From Terracidiphilus sp. (GTDB taxonomy: Bacteria > Acidobacteriota > Terriglobia > Terriglobales > Acidobacteriaceae), in NCBI GenBank assembly GCA_049513795.1, contig JBEKVS010000004.1, forward strand, positions 3,095 to 67,094: a stretch of 64,000 nucleotides of DNA, read 5' to 3'. The notes beneath the pieces are model-generated. The model was not told the DNA's origin. It made no database searches and saw nothing but the letters and a program-made list of their open reading frames with translations. Numbering within the stretch: the stretch's first letter is position 1; every line of letters starts with the position of its first letter. Made by a program: the position numbers and the translations under genes. This document shows, one piece after another, positions 18,269 through 31,244 of this stretch.

Positions 18269-19324
18269 ATGGGGCACGTGACGATTCTCAAGTTTTTTAT
18301 CTGGAGCCTGCTGAAGGTTGCAGTAGTGACGGTGGTGCTGCTGATGGGTGTCGCCTACACTGTGCTGCTGGAACGAAAGCTGGTGGGCCGCATCCAGAAT
18401 CGCTGGGGACCGAGCCGTGTGGGGCCTTTCGGCTTGCTGCAGCCGATGGTCGACGGGGCGAAGTCGTTCCTCAAAGAAGACATCATTCCCACCGGGGTTT
18501 ACCGGCCGCTCTACCTGCTGGCGCCGATTATCTCGCTGGCCTGCGCCCTCTTGTCCATCGCCGTTGTACCTTTCGGCGAGCCTCATGCGGGTCCTGGCGG
18601 CTTCGATCTTTTTGAGATTTCTAACATCAACATCGGCCTGCTGGTGATTCTCGGCGTTACGTCCATCGGCGTCTACGGCATTGCGCTGGCCGGCTGGTCG
18701 TCGAACAATAAATATTCGCTGCTTGGCTCGCTGCGCTCTTCGGCCCAGCTTATCAGCTATGAATTGGCGCTCGGTCTCTCGCTGGTGGGCGTGGTGCTGC
18801 GCGCTGGCTCGCTCAATCTGCGCGTGATCGTGGAACAGCAGGCCACCAAAGGCATCGCGACATGGAACATCTTCGGCGGATTTCAGTTTGTGGCCTTCTT
18901 TATTTACCTGATGTCCGCCTACGCCGAGACCAACCGCTCGCCGTTTGATTTGCCTGAGGCGGAAAGCGAACTCACCGGCGGCTATCACACCGAGTACAGC
19001 TCGATGAAATTCGCCATGTTCTTTATGGCTGAATACGCCAACATGATCATGGTGGGCTGCGTGGCCACGCTGCTGTTCCTGGGCGGATGGACAAGCCCTT
19101 TCGGCAACCTGTTACCGCCGTTCGAAAATGTCTTCGTAAACGCAGGCCTTTCGCTATTCTGGTTCGTCTTTAAGGTCTTCTGCTTCTTGTTTTTGTATGT
19201 GTGGGTGCGGGGTACGCTGCCCCGCTTCCGCTATGACCAGCTGATGAATTTCGGCTGGCGCTACCTGATGCCGCTGGCCATGCTGAACATCGTGGCCACC
19301 AGCCTGTGGCTGGCTTACCAATGA
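18269..19324 (+). CDS. nuoH: NADH-quinone oxidoreductase subunit H
   Basis: ERKLVGRIQNRWGPSRVGPFGLLQP, AETNRSPFDLPEAESEL, PRFRYDQLM. Confidence 0.97.
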   Translation: MGHVTILKFFIWSLLKVAVVTVVLLMGVAYTVLLERKLVGRIQNRWGPSRVGPFGLLQPMVDGAKSFLKEDIIPTGVYRPLYLLAPIISLACALLSIAVVPFGEPHAGPGGFDLFEISNINIGLLVILGVTSIGVYGIALAGWSSNNKYSLLGSLRSSAQLISYELALGLSLVGVVLRAGSLNLRVIVEQQATKGIATWNIFGGFQFVAFFIYLMSAYAETNRSPFDLPEAESELTGGYHTEYSSMKFAMFFMAEYANMIMVGCVATLLFLGGWTSPFGNLLPPFENVFVNAGLSLFWFVFKVFCFLFLYVWVRGTLPRFRYDQLMNFGWRYLMPLAMLNIVATSLWLAYQ

Positions 19325-19381
19325 CGCAAACCGAGTAGAACCTGTGGAGCCTCCTTTTGCTGGCGAGGTGATTCCATTGAA

Positions 19382-20686
19382 TCAATAGCTCGCGGGGGAA
19401 TCACTCAGCAATTGAAATCGGAGACCCGTGAGCATCGCCTGTTTCTGAGCGCTCACCGGCTCAGTGTCCCAGTTGCCATCGAGCAAGGCATCGGCATCTT
19501 CGGCCATGTCCCAATACGTCCAGCTGAGGTTGGGGTTTGCGGCTAGATAAGCCACCAGGCTTTCAAACCATTGTCCCTGCGATCCGGCCAGGTTGCTCTC
19601 GAGGCTCGCAGGAGAGTTCGGCGTGCCGAACTCTCCCAGCAAGACGGGGACGGGAGCAATCTTTTCCATGCTCACGTAGCCCCAGGTTTCCGTCCAAAGC
19701 GCGTTCAGGCTTGCCGGTGTGGTCTTCGCATTAAACCACGCCTGGGGATAGAGATCGGGGCCGTAGTCATGAGCGGAGTCGACCAGTTGTTTCTTGACGT
19801 CCAGCACCACCGGGGCAGTTCTTACGCCTTCCAGATTACCGCCCCAGCAGTAGTCCTGATTGGTCTTCGTGTCGGTGCCCTCGACAATAATCAGCAGCTT
19901 GGAATTCACCTTCAAGATCGCGTTTCCGGCACGTTCCGCAGCCAGGTGCCAGTCGCGGGTCTCGGTGCCGCAGGCCCAGCAAGCGCCGCCCGCGCCTACC
20001 GAGTGCGGCTCGTTGCGCAGGTCCATGCCGATCACCGAACTGTTGCCCAGATAGCGCTGAGCGAGCGTCTCCCAGTCTCGGAGCCATTCTGACTCCGGAT
20101 ATTCGGAGGTGTACCAGAGGCCATTCTCTTCCGCCGTCTCTCCGGCCTCGGAGCGATGGTTGTCAAGAATGATGCGTAGACCGATCTGGTCCGCGTAGGC
20201 CACAATCCGATCCAGAATTTCGAGCGAGTTCAGGCCTTCGAGATCGGTATTAATCGGGCCAGTGGCGTTGTAATAGGCGACGAATGCCGAAGTGGGCACA
20301 ATCGGGTATTCCACCATCTGGTTCGAATAGGGGAGTCTGACCGTGTTGTAACCGTTGCTTTTGATCCCAGCCAGTATGTATTTGTAGTCTTGCGCATAGA
20401 GGCCGTGGACCACCTCGGCAGCGGTTTCGAACCCGGACCAGTTGATTCCGGCGATGCGGACCCGTTGGTTGTTGGAATCGAGAATCTGGTTTCCGCTGGT
20501 GTGCCAATAACCCACGCCCTGGGCGTGGAGCAACGGATGAATAGTCACCGATATCAGAGCGGTGAGGAACTGGAGCGTGACCGTAAGACGGGGTTTGTTC
20601 CCCTTCCCGTTGGATGCGATTCGCAATCGATTCTCCCTGGCCGCAAGCCTGCAATTGTTCATTGCAATCGGCTGAGGGATTCCCAT
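19382..20686 (-). CDS. Glycoside hydrolase family 5 endoglucanase (start probably near 20580-20665)
   Basis: GYWHTSGNQILDSNNQRVRIAGINW, ILDNH, DLRNEPH (acid/base Glu), SAHDYG, LGEFG (nucleophile Glu); no carbohydrate-binding module. Confidence 0.9.
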   Translation of the reverse strand: MGIPQPIAMNNCRLAARENRLRIASNGKGNKPRLTVTLQFLTALISVTIHPLLHAQGVGYWHTSGNQILDSNNQRVRIAGINWSGFETAAEVVHGLYAQDYKYILAGIKSNGYNTVRLPYSNQMVEYPIVPTSAFVAYYNATGPINTDLEGLNSLEILDRIVAYADQIGLRIILDNHRSEAGETAEENGLWYTSEYPESEWLRDWETLAQRYLGNSSVIGMDLRNEPHSVGAGGACWACGTETRDWHLAAERAGNAILKVNSKLLIIVEGTDTKTNQDYCWGGNLEGVRTAPVVLDVKKQLVDSAHDYGPDLYPQAWFNAKTTPASLNALWTETWGYVSMEKIAPVPVLLGEFGTPNSPASLESNLAGSQGQWFESLVAYLAANPNLSWTYWDMAEDADALLDGNWDTEPVSAQKQAMLTGLRFQLLSDSPASY

Positions 20687-20846
20687 GTCATCGAATGAGA
20701 GCGTTCTAATGCGCAGTCATTCAGCCTGGACGGCGTGATATGGACGCGTTGCTGACCTTTCCAGGACGGTTTGCAGATTATTCCCGAAGACTGAGTAGAA
20801 TTTGGTTTGACCTCCCGAACTTTCAGGATGCTAACATTGGTGCCCA

Positions 20847-21809
20847 ATGACAAATCCCACTATTGTTGCCGCTCTAATCTGCGCTCTAGGGCCGGCGTGG
20901 GCTCAGACACCCGCACCGGTAGCTCCTGCTCAGGCGCCTCCACAAGCCTGGACTGAGCACTCTAGGAAATCAACGGTTGCGTTGGGAATTGTACAAACTG
21001 TTGGTAATGCGCAACGATTTAACGTTGTCGGCGCAGGCGTGCTTGTCTCTCCGGATTCACGCCATGTGATTCTGGTAACGGCAAAGCATGTATTTGATGA
21101 GCCGACACAAAATTGGCACCCGACCCAAATGCGTATCCGATTTTCTAGCCAAGAAAACAAGTCCTTCACAGAGGAACTTGGAACCCCGATTCAATTGCTT
21201 GATCCGCTTGGAAAAAACCTCTGGTCCGCGCTGGATGATGGGAGCGATATTGCCGCCATCGCCCTCACCCCGAACTTCGCCCAGCTTGTGACCGACGCCG
21301 TTGGGTATCAGGACTTCGCTCAAGCTGATGACGTATATGATGGTTCGCCCGTATTTGTTTTTGGCTTCCCAGGGGACGTTAGCCCGCTGATCGGGGAAAA
21401 TGGATTGGCTCGCGCCGTCACTCGCTCCGGAGTCATTGCATGGACCGATCCTGCGGGGGCGCTAGAGAGTCCACTGCTGCTCGACTCGAATATCCTCCCA
21501 GGAAACAGCGGCGGCCCAGCCTTTCGAGTTCCTACTGGACTGAGCAAATACGGAAGCTTCAATGTAGGGGGGCGAGTGGCCTTTCTTGGCGTCGTGACGG
21601 CCGACCTAAGCAAGTATTATGTTGTTCAGGCCGATGGCAGGGTCATCGCTATGAAGTTCCCTGACCTCCCGGTCCCCTCGATTGAGCAGGTACAAGTAGT
21701 CGGTATCGGCGGTCTCGGAAGGGTCGAACCCGCATTCAAGGTGAGAAAACTTGTGGACGAAGTGACCGCTCTTATCTCAAGCCCTATTTCGCCACCAATT
21801 CCCCGATAG
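20847..21809 (+). CDS. Secreted trypsin-like (S1) serine protease
   Basis: Signal peptide; catalytic triad motifs LVTAKHV, DIAAI, PGNSGGP. Confidence 0.85.
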   Translation: MTNPTIVAALICALGPAWAQTPAPVAPAQAPPQAWTEHSRKSTVALGIVQTVGNAQRFNVVGAGVLVSPDSRHVILVTAKHVFDEPTQNWHPTQMRIRFSSQENKSFTEELGTPIQLLDPLGKNLWSALDDGSDIAAIALTPNFAQLVTDAVGYQDFAQADDVYDGSPVFVFGFPGDVSPLIGENGLARAVTRSGVIAWTDPAGALESPLLLDSNILPGNSGGPAFRVPTGLSKYGSFNVGGRVAFLGVVTADLSKYYVVQADGRVIAMKFPDLPVPSIEQVQVVGIGGLGRVEPAFKVRKLVDEVTALISSPISPPIPR

Positions 21810-21980
21810 ACAGAACGCGATTCTGTAAGGCTCGAACGCTCTGCAGGACGAGCCCCAGCATCGGCGTCGCATTTTCTGGCCGCGTCCGTTCAGGGGCAAA
21901 GCTAGAATAATCATGACGGTCGGGCGGACGAGGCCTAGAACGCGGCGAAGGCCTATGGGCTGGGAAAAGGACACAAGGAC

Positions 21981-23237
21981 ATGCGAGAGCTTGCGGTGAT
22001 GGAAGAACAACGGACGCACGAAGAGAAACTGGATTTACTGGCCGCGGTTGCGGTGCGGGTAGGGCTCGGCCTGCGGGCCGGGCAAGAACTGCTGATGACG
22101 GCTTCCCTGGACGCGGTTCCGCTGGCGCGGCGGATCACCGAGCACGCCTACCGCGCCGGCGCATCGCTGGTGACTACGCTCTATACCGATGACGAAGCGG
22201 CGCTCATGCGCTATCGCTTTGCCGCGGACGCGAGCTTCGACCATGCGGCCAAATGGCTTTATGACGGGATGGGCGCGGCCTTCAAGAGCGGTTCCGCCCG
22301 GCTGGCCATCACCGGCGGCAACCCGGCGCTGCTTTCCAACCAAGATCCGGCCAAGGTGGGCCGCGCCAACCGCGCCGTTTCGCAAACTTACCGGCCGGCG
22401 CTGGAGCTGATTACGCGCCACGAGATCAACTGGACCATTGTGGCCAGCGCAACTCCCGCATGGGCCGCGGCCATGTTCCCCGAGGACGAGCCGCAAGTGG
22501 CCCTCGACAAGCTATGGGAGGCAATCTTCCGCACCACGCGCATCGACCGCGAAGACCCCGTGGCGGCATGGAAGACGCACGACGCCGATCTGCAATCGCG
22601 GGCGGCGCGGTTAAATGAGAGGCGCTATGCGGCGTTGCATTATCGCGGGCCGGGCACCGACTTTCACCTCGGCCTCGCGGACGGCCATCTCTGGCTCGGG
22701 GGCGGAACGACGGCAGCGAACGGCGTCTACTGCATTCCTAACATGCCTACGGAAGAGGTTTTCACCACCCCGCACAAGGATCGCGCCGACGGCACGATCA
22801 CCGCCACCAAGCCGCTTTCGCACCAGGGAACAATGATTGAAGGAATTCAAGTGCGCTTCGAGAAAGGCCGCATCGTGGAAGCGCACGCCAGCCGCGGCCA
22901 GGAAGTGCTCGAAAGGCTGATCGACACCGATGACGGGGCGCGGCGGCTAGGCGAGGTAGCTCTGGTGCCGCATTCCTCGCCGATTGCGTCGAGCGGCATG
23001 CTCTTTCTGAATACGCTCTTCGATGAAAATGCGGCCTCGCACATCGCTTTGGGCCAGTCTTATACATCCTGTCTGCGCGATGGCGATACACTGACCCCGG
23101 AGCAGCTCGCGGCCCGCGGAGCAAACGACAGCCTGATCCATGTGGACTGGATGATCGGATCGGGCCAGCTCGACGTCGATGGCGTAACTGCCGCGGGGGG
23201 TGCGGAACCGCTCATGCGGCGAGGGGAATGGGTTTAG
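21981..23237 (+). CDS. M29 aminopeptidase (AmpS/AmpT family)
   Basis: PNMPTEEVFTTP, LGEVALV, TLFDENAASHIALG, NDSLIHVDWMIG. Confidence 0.93.
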   Translation: MRELAVMEEQRTHEEKLDLLAAVAVRVGLGLRAGQELLMTASLDAVPLARRITEHAYRAGASLVTTLYTDDEAALMRYRFAADASFDHAAKWLYDGMGAAFKSGSARLAITGGNPALLSNQDPAKVGRANRAVSQTYRPALELITRHEINWTIVASATPAWAAAMFPEDEPQVALDKLWEAIFRTTRIDREDPVAAWKTHDADLQSRAARLNERRYAALHYRGPGTDFHLGLADGHLWLGGGTTAANGVYCIPNMPTEEVFTTPHKDRADGTITATKPLSHQGTMIEGIQVRFEKGRIVEAHASRGQEVLERLIDTDDGARRLGEVALVPHSSPIASSGMLFLNTLFDENAASHIALGQSYTSCLRDGDTLTPEQLAARGANDSLIHVDWMIGSGQLDVDGVTAAGGAEPLMRRGEWV

Positions 23238-23275
23238 CTCACCCACAGGATCGGTTTCCCGGGCGCCGGCAGGTG

Positions 23276-23314
23276 GTCAGCCATTCCTGGAATTCATCTG
23301 ACGGGATGGCTGAC
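23276..23314. terminator. Hairpin downstream of the aminopeptidase gene
   Basis: GTCAGCCATTCC...GGGATGGCTGAC, a 12-bp near-perfect inverted repeat; no clear U-tract. Confidence 0.4.
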
Positions 23315-23734
23315 GCCAACGTGCTCCTTTAGCTCGTGATATTCTTGGCTTTCTTGGCAACGCCAGGGGTGGTTTCTGCCGGCCTCGAATCTCGCCTTCA
23401 GTTGAAGCATCTCACGCTACGTGAAGGGTTTTGCCGCAGGCAGATGGCCCGGTTCATCCGCGTGGTTTCTGAATCGAGCGCGGAGCGGACTTGAAGGCGG
23501 GTCACCATTTTTCCGGAGCATCTTTCCATCCGGCGTTCACATCCGAGCCGGCCCTCGATGCGGTACTCTGGGAGCGGTAGTTCTTTTCTTCAGCAGCACA
23601 TGCGCGGCCGTCTGGTGGGATTTATGCTTTCGAAGCCTGGATGGCGCGTATGCGGGAAGGTTCGAGTCTTTGGAGTTCTTCAGCAAAGCAGTTAGTGGCT
23701 TTCGAAGGACGTTGACCGTGGTACGAGCTTCGCG

Positions 23735-24265
23735 ATGCACCTTATTTTGTTTCTTGTTTTTGCCGGTTTCTGCCTGGCGGGAGCTATCAATCTACTCCTC
23801 CAGACCCATCCCATTACCAGCGCTCTCTCGCTGATTGTGGTGATGGTGTCTCTGGCCGTTCTCTACCTGTTGCTGGGCGCCGAGTTTCTGGCGGCAGCGC
23901 AGGTGATCGTCTACGCAGGTGCCATCATGGTGCTGTTTACCTTTGTCGTGATGCTGCTCAATGCGGGACGCGAAGAACGCACCATGGGCAGCCGCAGCTA
24001 TCGGGCTGTGGGGTTTCCAGGTGGGGTGGCCATCCTGGCCGTCCTCGCTACCGTTTTCGTGAAGGCGCAGGGTTTGGGTGTCTCCGCGCTGAGCGACGGC
24101 ATCACCACCACCGAAGACCTGAGCCGCGTGCTTTTTCACGAACTGCTGCTGCCCTTCGAGGTCACATCGATCCTGATCCTCATCGCCATTCTCGGCGCGG
24201 TGGCGCTGGCCCGGCACGGCCATGGCGATCACCATGTGCCGTCGGAAAGGACGGGCGGCAAGTGA
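23735..24265 (+). CDS. nuoJ: NADH-quinone oxidoreductase subunit J
   Basis: [36 protein letters not shown]. Confidence 0.95.
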   Translation: MHLILFLVFAGFCLAGAINLLLQTHPITSALSLIVVMVSLAVLYLLLGAEFLAAAQVIVYAGAIMVLFTFVVMLLNAGREERTMGSRSYRAVGFPGGVAILAVLATVFVKAQGLGVSALSDGITTTEDLSRVLFHELLLPFEVTSILILIAILGAVALARHGHGDHHVPSERTGGK

Positions 24266-24581
24266 GCTCCTTCTTTGCGCAGGAAGTCCCGTTGAGCTGG
24301 TATCTGCTGTTGAGTGCGGCGCTGTTCGTTCTTGGCGTTTTTGGATTCCTGATCAAGCGCAACCTGATCACGGTCTTCATGTCCATTGAGCTCATGCTCA
24401 ACGCCGTGAATCTTTCTTTTGTAACCTTCGCCCACCAGTGGCACGCGGTGAAGGGACAGATCTTTGTCTTCTTTGTGATGATGGTGGCCGCGGCTGAAGC
24501 GGCCGTGGGGCTGGCCATCATTATTGCGGTGTTCCGCGCCCGCGCAACCCTGGCCGTCGACCGCATCGACCTGATGAAACT

Positions 24582-24585
<4 letters not shown>
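24262..24585 (+). CDS. nuoK: NADH-quinone oxidoreductase subunit K
   Basis: [30 protein letters not shown]. Confidence 0.96.
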
Positions 24586-26528
<1,943 letters not shown>

Positions 26529-26543
26529 GGGAGAGCGCGGAGA

Positions 26544-28073
26544 ATGAACGAAATCAACAGCTCGATTCTCACCCTGATCCTGCTTGTCCCGCTGGCCGGA
26601 GCGGTGCTGGTGGCCTTGGCGCCCGACCGCGCCAAACTGTCTAACTGGATCGCCCTGTTCACTACGCTGGTCACCTTTGGCCTCGCGCTTCACCTGCCGT
26701 TTCACTACGACCTTGCACAAGGTGGCTTTCAATTTGGGGTTAATAAGCCGTGGATCGAAAATCCGGCCATCTTCTACCACGTCGGCATTGACGGCATCAG
26801 CCTGTGGCTGGTTGTTTTGACAGGATTGCTGGCGCCGGTTGGCGTCCTCGCCAGTTGGAACGCCATTCAGTCTCGTCGCAAAGTGTATTTTGTTTTGTTT
26901 CTTATTCAGCAGACGGCCATGTTTGGCGTTTTCATTTCGCTCGACCTGATGCTCTATTACGGATTCTGGGAATTGTCGCTGGTGCCGATGGCGATTCTTA
27001 TCGCCATGTATGGCCGTAAGGACGGCCCCAAAGCCGCGCTCAAGTTTTTCCTCTTCACGTTCATTCCATCGGCGCCGCTGCTGGTTGCTATCTTGTGGCT
27101 TTACGCGAAGACAGGCAGCTTCCAATTCGGCGAATTGCAGACCCTGATCGCCTACGGCCAGTTCCCGGCCGGCGCCATGTTCTGGGCAGCTCTCGCGTTT
27201 CTATTTGCCTTCGCCGTCAAGGTGCCGGTCTTTCCGCTGCACGGCTGGCTGGCGGACACGTTCAGCGAAGCACCGGTTGCCTTGGCCATGGTGGTGGCCG
27301 GCAAGCTGGGCCTCTACTCCATGCTCCGCTTCCACATCGGGTTGTTCCCTGCCCAGGCGCGCGCGGCCGCTCCGTATATGATCGCGTTGGCCGTGATCGG
27401 CGTTCTTTATGGAGCTTGCCTGGCTTTAGTGCAGCGTGACTTCTGGAAGCTGCTGGCCTATGCGGCGGTCAGTCACCTGGGCATGATCGTGCTCGGCATC
27501 TACGGCTTCACGTTCATCGGATCGAGTGGCGCCGTCTTCCAGATCCTGAGCCACGAAGTGGTCGATGCCGCGCTGTTCGTGCTGCTCGGAGCGCTCTACG
27601 ATCGCTACGCAACCAGCCAGATCAACACCTACGGCGGCATGGCGGCCCGGCTACCCAGCACAGCCACGCTTTTTGTTCTCACCACGCTGGCCATGATCGG
27701 CCTGCCCATTCTCAGCGGCTTTGTGGGCGAGTTTCTGATTCTCTCCAGCACTTTTGGAGGCGTGAGCCGCGGCTGGACGATTGCCGCCACACTGGGAGTG
27801 ATTCTGAGCGCGGCCTACATGCTATGGCTGGTGCAGCGGCTGTTTTATGGTCCGCAGAGCGAGATGATCGCCTCCGGGCATACGAGCGATTTGCAATTCC
27901 GTGAACTCGCTGTTCTTTGCCCTATCGCGGTTCTCACACTCGTAATGGGAGTGGCGCCTGGAATCTGGCTCAGCGCCATCGAACAAGGGGTCGCCCGCGC
28001 GCAAGCGGTTCAGCCAGCCGCGAGCCGTCCACAGGGAGTCATGGGCTCTTTTTTTGAGGTGTCCCCGCGGTGA
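26544..28073 (+). CDS. nuoM: NADH-quinone oxidoreductase subunit M
   Basis: [32 protein letters not shown]. Confidence 0.95.
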   Translation: MNEINSSILTLILLVPLAGAVLVALAPDRAKLSNWIALFTTLVTFGLALHLPFHYDLAQGGFQFGVNKPWIENPAIFYHVGIDGISLWLVVLTGLLAPVGVLASWNAIQSRRKVYFVLFLIQQTAMFGVFISLDLMLYYGFWELSLVPMAILIAMYGRKDGPKAALKFFLFTFIPSAPLLVAILWLYAKTGSFQFGELQTLIAYGQFPAGAMFWAALAFLFAFAVKVPVFPLHGWLADTFSEAPVALAMVVAGKLGLYSMLRFHIGLFPAQARAAAPYMIALAVIGVLYGACLALVQRDFWKLLAYAAVSHLGMIVLGIYGFTFIGSSGAVFQILSHEVVDAALFVLLGALYDRYATSQINTYGGMAARLPSTATLFVLTTLAMIGLPILSGFVGEFLILSSTFGGVSRGWTIAATLGVILSAAYMLWLVQRLFYGPQSEMIASGHTSDLQFRELAVLCPIAVLTLVMGVAPGIWLSAIEQGVARAQAVQPAASRPQGVMGSFFEVSPR

Positions 28074-29620
28074 ATCCTGTCCCCGACATCTACCGCATCC
28101 TTCCTGAGGTCATCCTCACGCTCACCGGCGTGGCTGTGATGCTTATCGACTCATCGCTCGCGCCGAGCTTTCCGCGCCGTCCGCTGGGGTGGGTTGCGGC
28201 CATCGGCACCACGCTGGCGCTGTGGGCGAGCCTGTGGCAGCTCTCCCTGCCGCAAGGCACAGGGTTCTACGGCACCGTTGAAACCAGCGCGTTCACCGTC
28301 TTCTTCCACGTGCTCATCTGCGGCATTGTGCTGGTGGCGCTGCTGCTCTCGCTCGATACCCTGCCCGAAGACAGCCATCATCAGGGCGAGTTCTACGCGC
28401 TCATTGTCTTCGGCGCCGTGGGCATGTGCCTGCTCACGGCAGCCGTCGAATTGCTGGTAGTCTTTATCGCGCTCGAGATCTCATCGATCGCCACGTATGT
28501 GCTAGCTGGGTACCGCAAGCAAACCGGCCGCGGACCTGAAGCAGCCATGAAGTACTTTCTGCTGGGATCTTTCGCGACGGCATTTCTGCTCTACGGCATC
28601 GCTCTGGTCTTCGGGGCGACCGGCACCACGCAAATCTACGAGATTGCCCACCTTGCCCCGCTGGCTGTGAATCAACCCTTCATCCTGGCTGGTATGGGGC
28701 TGATGTTGATCGGCGTCCTTTTCAAGGTTTCGGCTGCGCCCTTCCACGTGTGGACGCCGGACGTCTATGAGGGAGCACCGTCACCCGTTGTGGCCCTGAT
28801 GTCGACGGGGCCCAAGGCCGCGGCATTCGCCGTGCTGTTGCGGATTGTTTATGAAATGTTCCCCAATCTGCATGCTGTGTGGTCGCCGCTGCTTTGGGCC
28901 GTCGCGGTGCTCTCGATGACGGTGGGCAACCTGGCCGCGCTGCGCCAGCAAAACGTGAAGCGCATGCTCGCTTACTCCTCCATCGCCCACGCAGGCTATC
29001 TGCTGGCGGCGTTCGCGGGACTCGGTAACAGCGGCATAGCCGCCGCGAGCTTTTACATTGCCGCTTATGCAGCCATGAACGTGGGAATCTTTGCCGTTAT
29101 CACTGTGATTGGCAGCTATGACGAATCATTGCCCATGTTGGAGGACTATCGCGGCCTGCTCTACCGCTCACCGCTGCTGGGCGGCCTGCTGATCTTTTTC
29201 CTGTTTTCGCTGATAGGCATTCCCTTCACCGGCGGATTCTTCGGCAAGTTCTATTCATTCTCTTCGGCGGTGAGCGGTGGAGCGGTGTGGCTGGCGATTA
29301 TTGGTCTGCTCAACTCGGGCCTGGCAGCGGCTTATTATCTGCGCCTGGTCCTGGCGACGGCTCAGCGGACAACGGATGCCAAGGGCGAAACCCGCCTCCC
29401 GGCGCCCCAGGTAGGTGTGGCCGTGGGCGCCGCACTGTTGCTGGCAGCGGCGGCCACACTGGTTCTTGGCATTGCGCCCGGCGAAGTGCTGCGCGCCGCC
29501 CAAGCAGGAGCGCACACATTGCATGCGCCTCCCCCACCGCTACCGAGTTCTCCCCCGATCGCCGTCAATCGCATGCTGATCCAGCCGGAGAATCTTCTCC
29601 CGCTGCCAGAGAAGCGATGA
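28070..29620 (+). CDS. nuoN: NADH-quinone oxidoreductase subunit N
   Basis: [42 protein letters not shown]. Confidence 0.96.
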   Translation: MNPVPDIYRILPEVILTLTGVAVMLIDSSLAPSFPRRPLGWVAAIGTTLALWASLWQLSLPQGTGFYGTVETSAFTVFFHVLICGIVLVALLLSLDTLPEDSHHQGEFYALIVFGAVGMCLLTAAVELLVVFIALEISSIATYVLAGYRKQTGRGPEAAMKYFLLGSFATAFLLYGIALVFGATGTTQIYEIAHLAPLAVNQPFILAGMGLMLIGVLFKVSAAPFHVWTPDVYEGAPSPVVALMSTGPKAAAFAVLLRIVYEMFPNLHAVWSPLLWAVAVLSMTVGNLAALRQQNVKRMLAYSSIAHAGYLLAAFAGLGNSGIAAASFYIAAYAAMNVGIFAVITVIGSYDESLPMLEDYRGLLYRSPLLGGLLIFFLFSLIGIPFTGGFFGKFYSFSSAVSGGAVWLAIIGLLNSGLAAAYYLRLVLATAQRTTDAKGETRLPAPQVGVAVGAALLLAAAATLVLGIAPGEVLRAAQAGAHTLHAPPPPLPSSPPIAVNRMLIQPENLLPLPEKR

Positions 29621-29714
29621 ACGGTTGAATTTGCATTACCCGCGGTCCTGGCGCAAAGGTCCGGCGCACGACGGTCAGCCAGGGTCGGAGCATTCACGAT
29701 GGTCGAATTCGCGA

Positions 29715-30952
29715 TCAGTCCGGTTCACCTGCCGCTTTGAGCGATTGGCTTTGTCTTGACGGCCGATTCAAGAGACTTTTGTAAAACGAGACCGCCAGTT
29801 GCAAAACCCGCTCGTTTGCATAATGCAGGGACACCCACTTGCGCGCCTCCGTTCCCATGCACATTCGTTGATTTCTGTCGCGCAGCAGCTTGAGGACCGC
29901 TTCGCGGATTGCCTCAGGGCAGCCAGGCTGGATGAGTAACCCTGTCACTCCAGGTACAACCGAGTCGCGCGAGCCGGTGCATTCGGTGGTGACCACAGGG
30001 ATTCCGGTGGCCGCCGCCTCGAGTACGACATTGGGAAAGCCCTCCCGCCAACTGGGAAGAACCATGACATCCATGACCCGGTAAAACGGAGCCGTGTCGT
30101 TCACGAACCCGGTGCAATGAATACGCGCATGGTTGGCAATGAGTGCTCGGCACTTTGCTCCCAGCGCATCTTCCGCGACGTCGAACCAACCAACCAGCAG
30201 CAAGCGCGCCTGCGGCTCAGTCTGCAGAATGGCTTCGAATGCGTCGAGCAATTCGGGAACGCCCTTGTCGCGGGTGAGCCGGCCTACAAAACCGATCACG
30301 GGCGCGTCTTCGGGAATGCCTAGCCAGTCGCGCACATGGCTCGGTCCGGGAGAGAACCGCTCGACGTCGACCCCGTTGCTGCTGCCCTTGCCCAGCAGGC
30401 GCAATTTGGCCGCTGGCGCCAGGCGCAGCGTCAACGCCTCGGCAAGCATGCTTTGGCTGTTGCAGAGCACCGAGTGCGCGCAAATCGCCGCGCCCCGTTC
30501 AGCTGCCAGCAGGATGGCGTGCTTGAGCCCCTTGGAGGTTTCGAGTTTGAGGCCGCGTAGCATGTAAACCCGCACCGGAACGCCTGCCAGCAGGGCTGCG
30601 AAACTCCCGAGCAGGCCGGCTTTGGGAGTACTGAACTCGACAATGTCCGGCTTGAGGATCAGCAGCAGCCACCATAGCTGAAGCAACGACAGCAGATCGG
30701 CCAGCGGTGCAATATCGCGCCGCATGGGCAACGCAATAATGGAGACCCCTTCGGGGCTGCGGTTCGGTCGAGCAGCGTGCCGGGACTTGCGATCAGCGTG
30801 ACCCGGAACCCCGCCTCGCGCAATGCTCGCAATCGCCCGGTGAGGGTGAGACATGTCTGCGCATGAGTGACTCCAATCACGATGTGAAATGGAGTCTGCG
30901 CCGAGCTCTCCCGCAGCTCGACTATCGAAGGAAACAACTGCTGCACCATCAT
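29715..30952 (-). pseudogene. GT4 glycosyltransferase with a 1-nt frameshift at ~30755
   Basis: N-terminal part HIVIGVT...GRLRALREAGFRVTLIASPG (ORF 30659..30952) continues in another frame as EGVSIIALPMRR...TPKAGLLG...GFVGRLTRDKG...REGFPNVVLEA. Confidence 0.85.
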
Positions 30953-31244
30953 TGGATCACCCGCGCCTGCGGCAATTCCTGTTTGCGTTTCTGAAAACGG
31001 TTCAGGAGTACTTCTTCAGCGCGCAGTAATGGGTGGTCTTGGCAAACGCCCTGACATGGAAAAAAGCACAAACACAATGAATCAATGCCATGGAGTGCAT
31101 TTGCTGCAATCGATGGCGTCTTCTTGCTTTTGAATCGTAAGAGAAAACTAAGTGACTGTACCACTTCTAGACAGTCGATTTTATCCACAGGCAACACTAA
31201 GGGATGCAGTACCGGCATATACTCATGCTTTCAAGGGAAATTCA

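Noticed and set aside
23320-23734. ORFs 23421..23834 (+) and 23537..23740 (-) as a nuoI remnant or transposase relic
   Set aside because: I saw no CxxCxxCxxxCP or transposase motif in the frames I read; treated as intergenic.
30949-31218. 89-aa ORF overlapping the GT4 start
   Set aside because: It lies in the divergent promoter region and has no clear RBS or recognisable motif.
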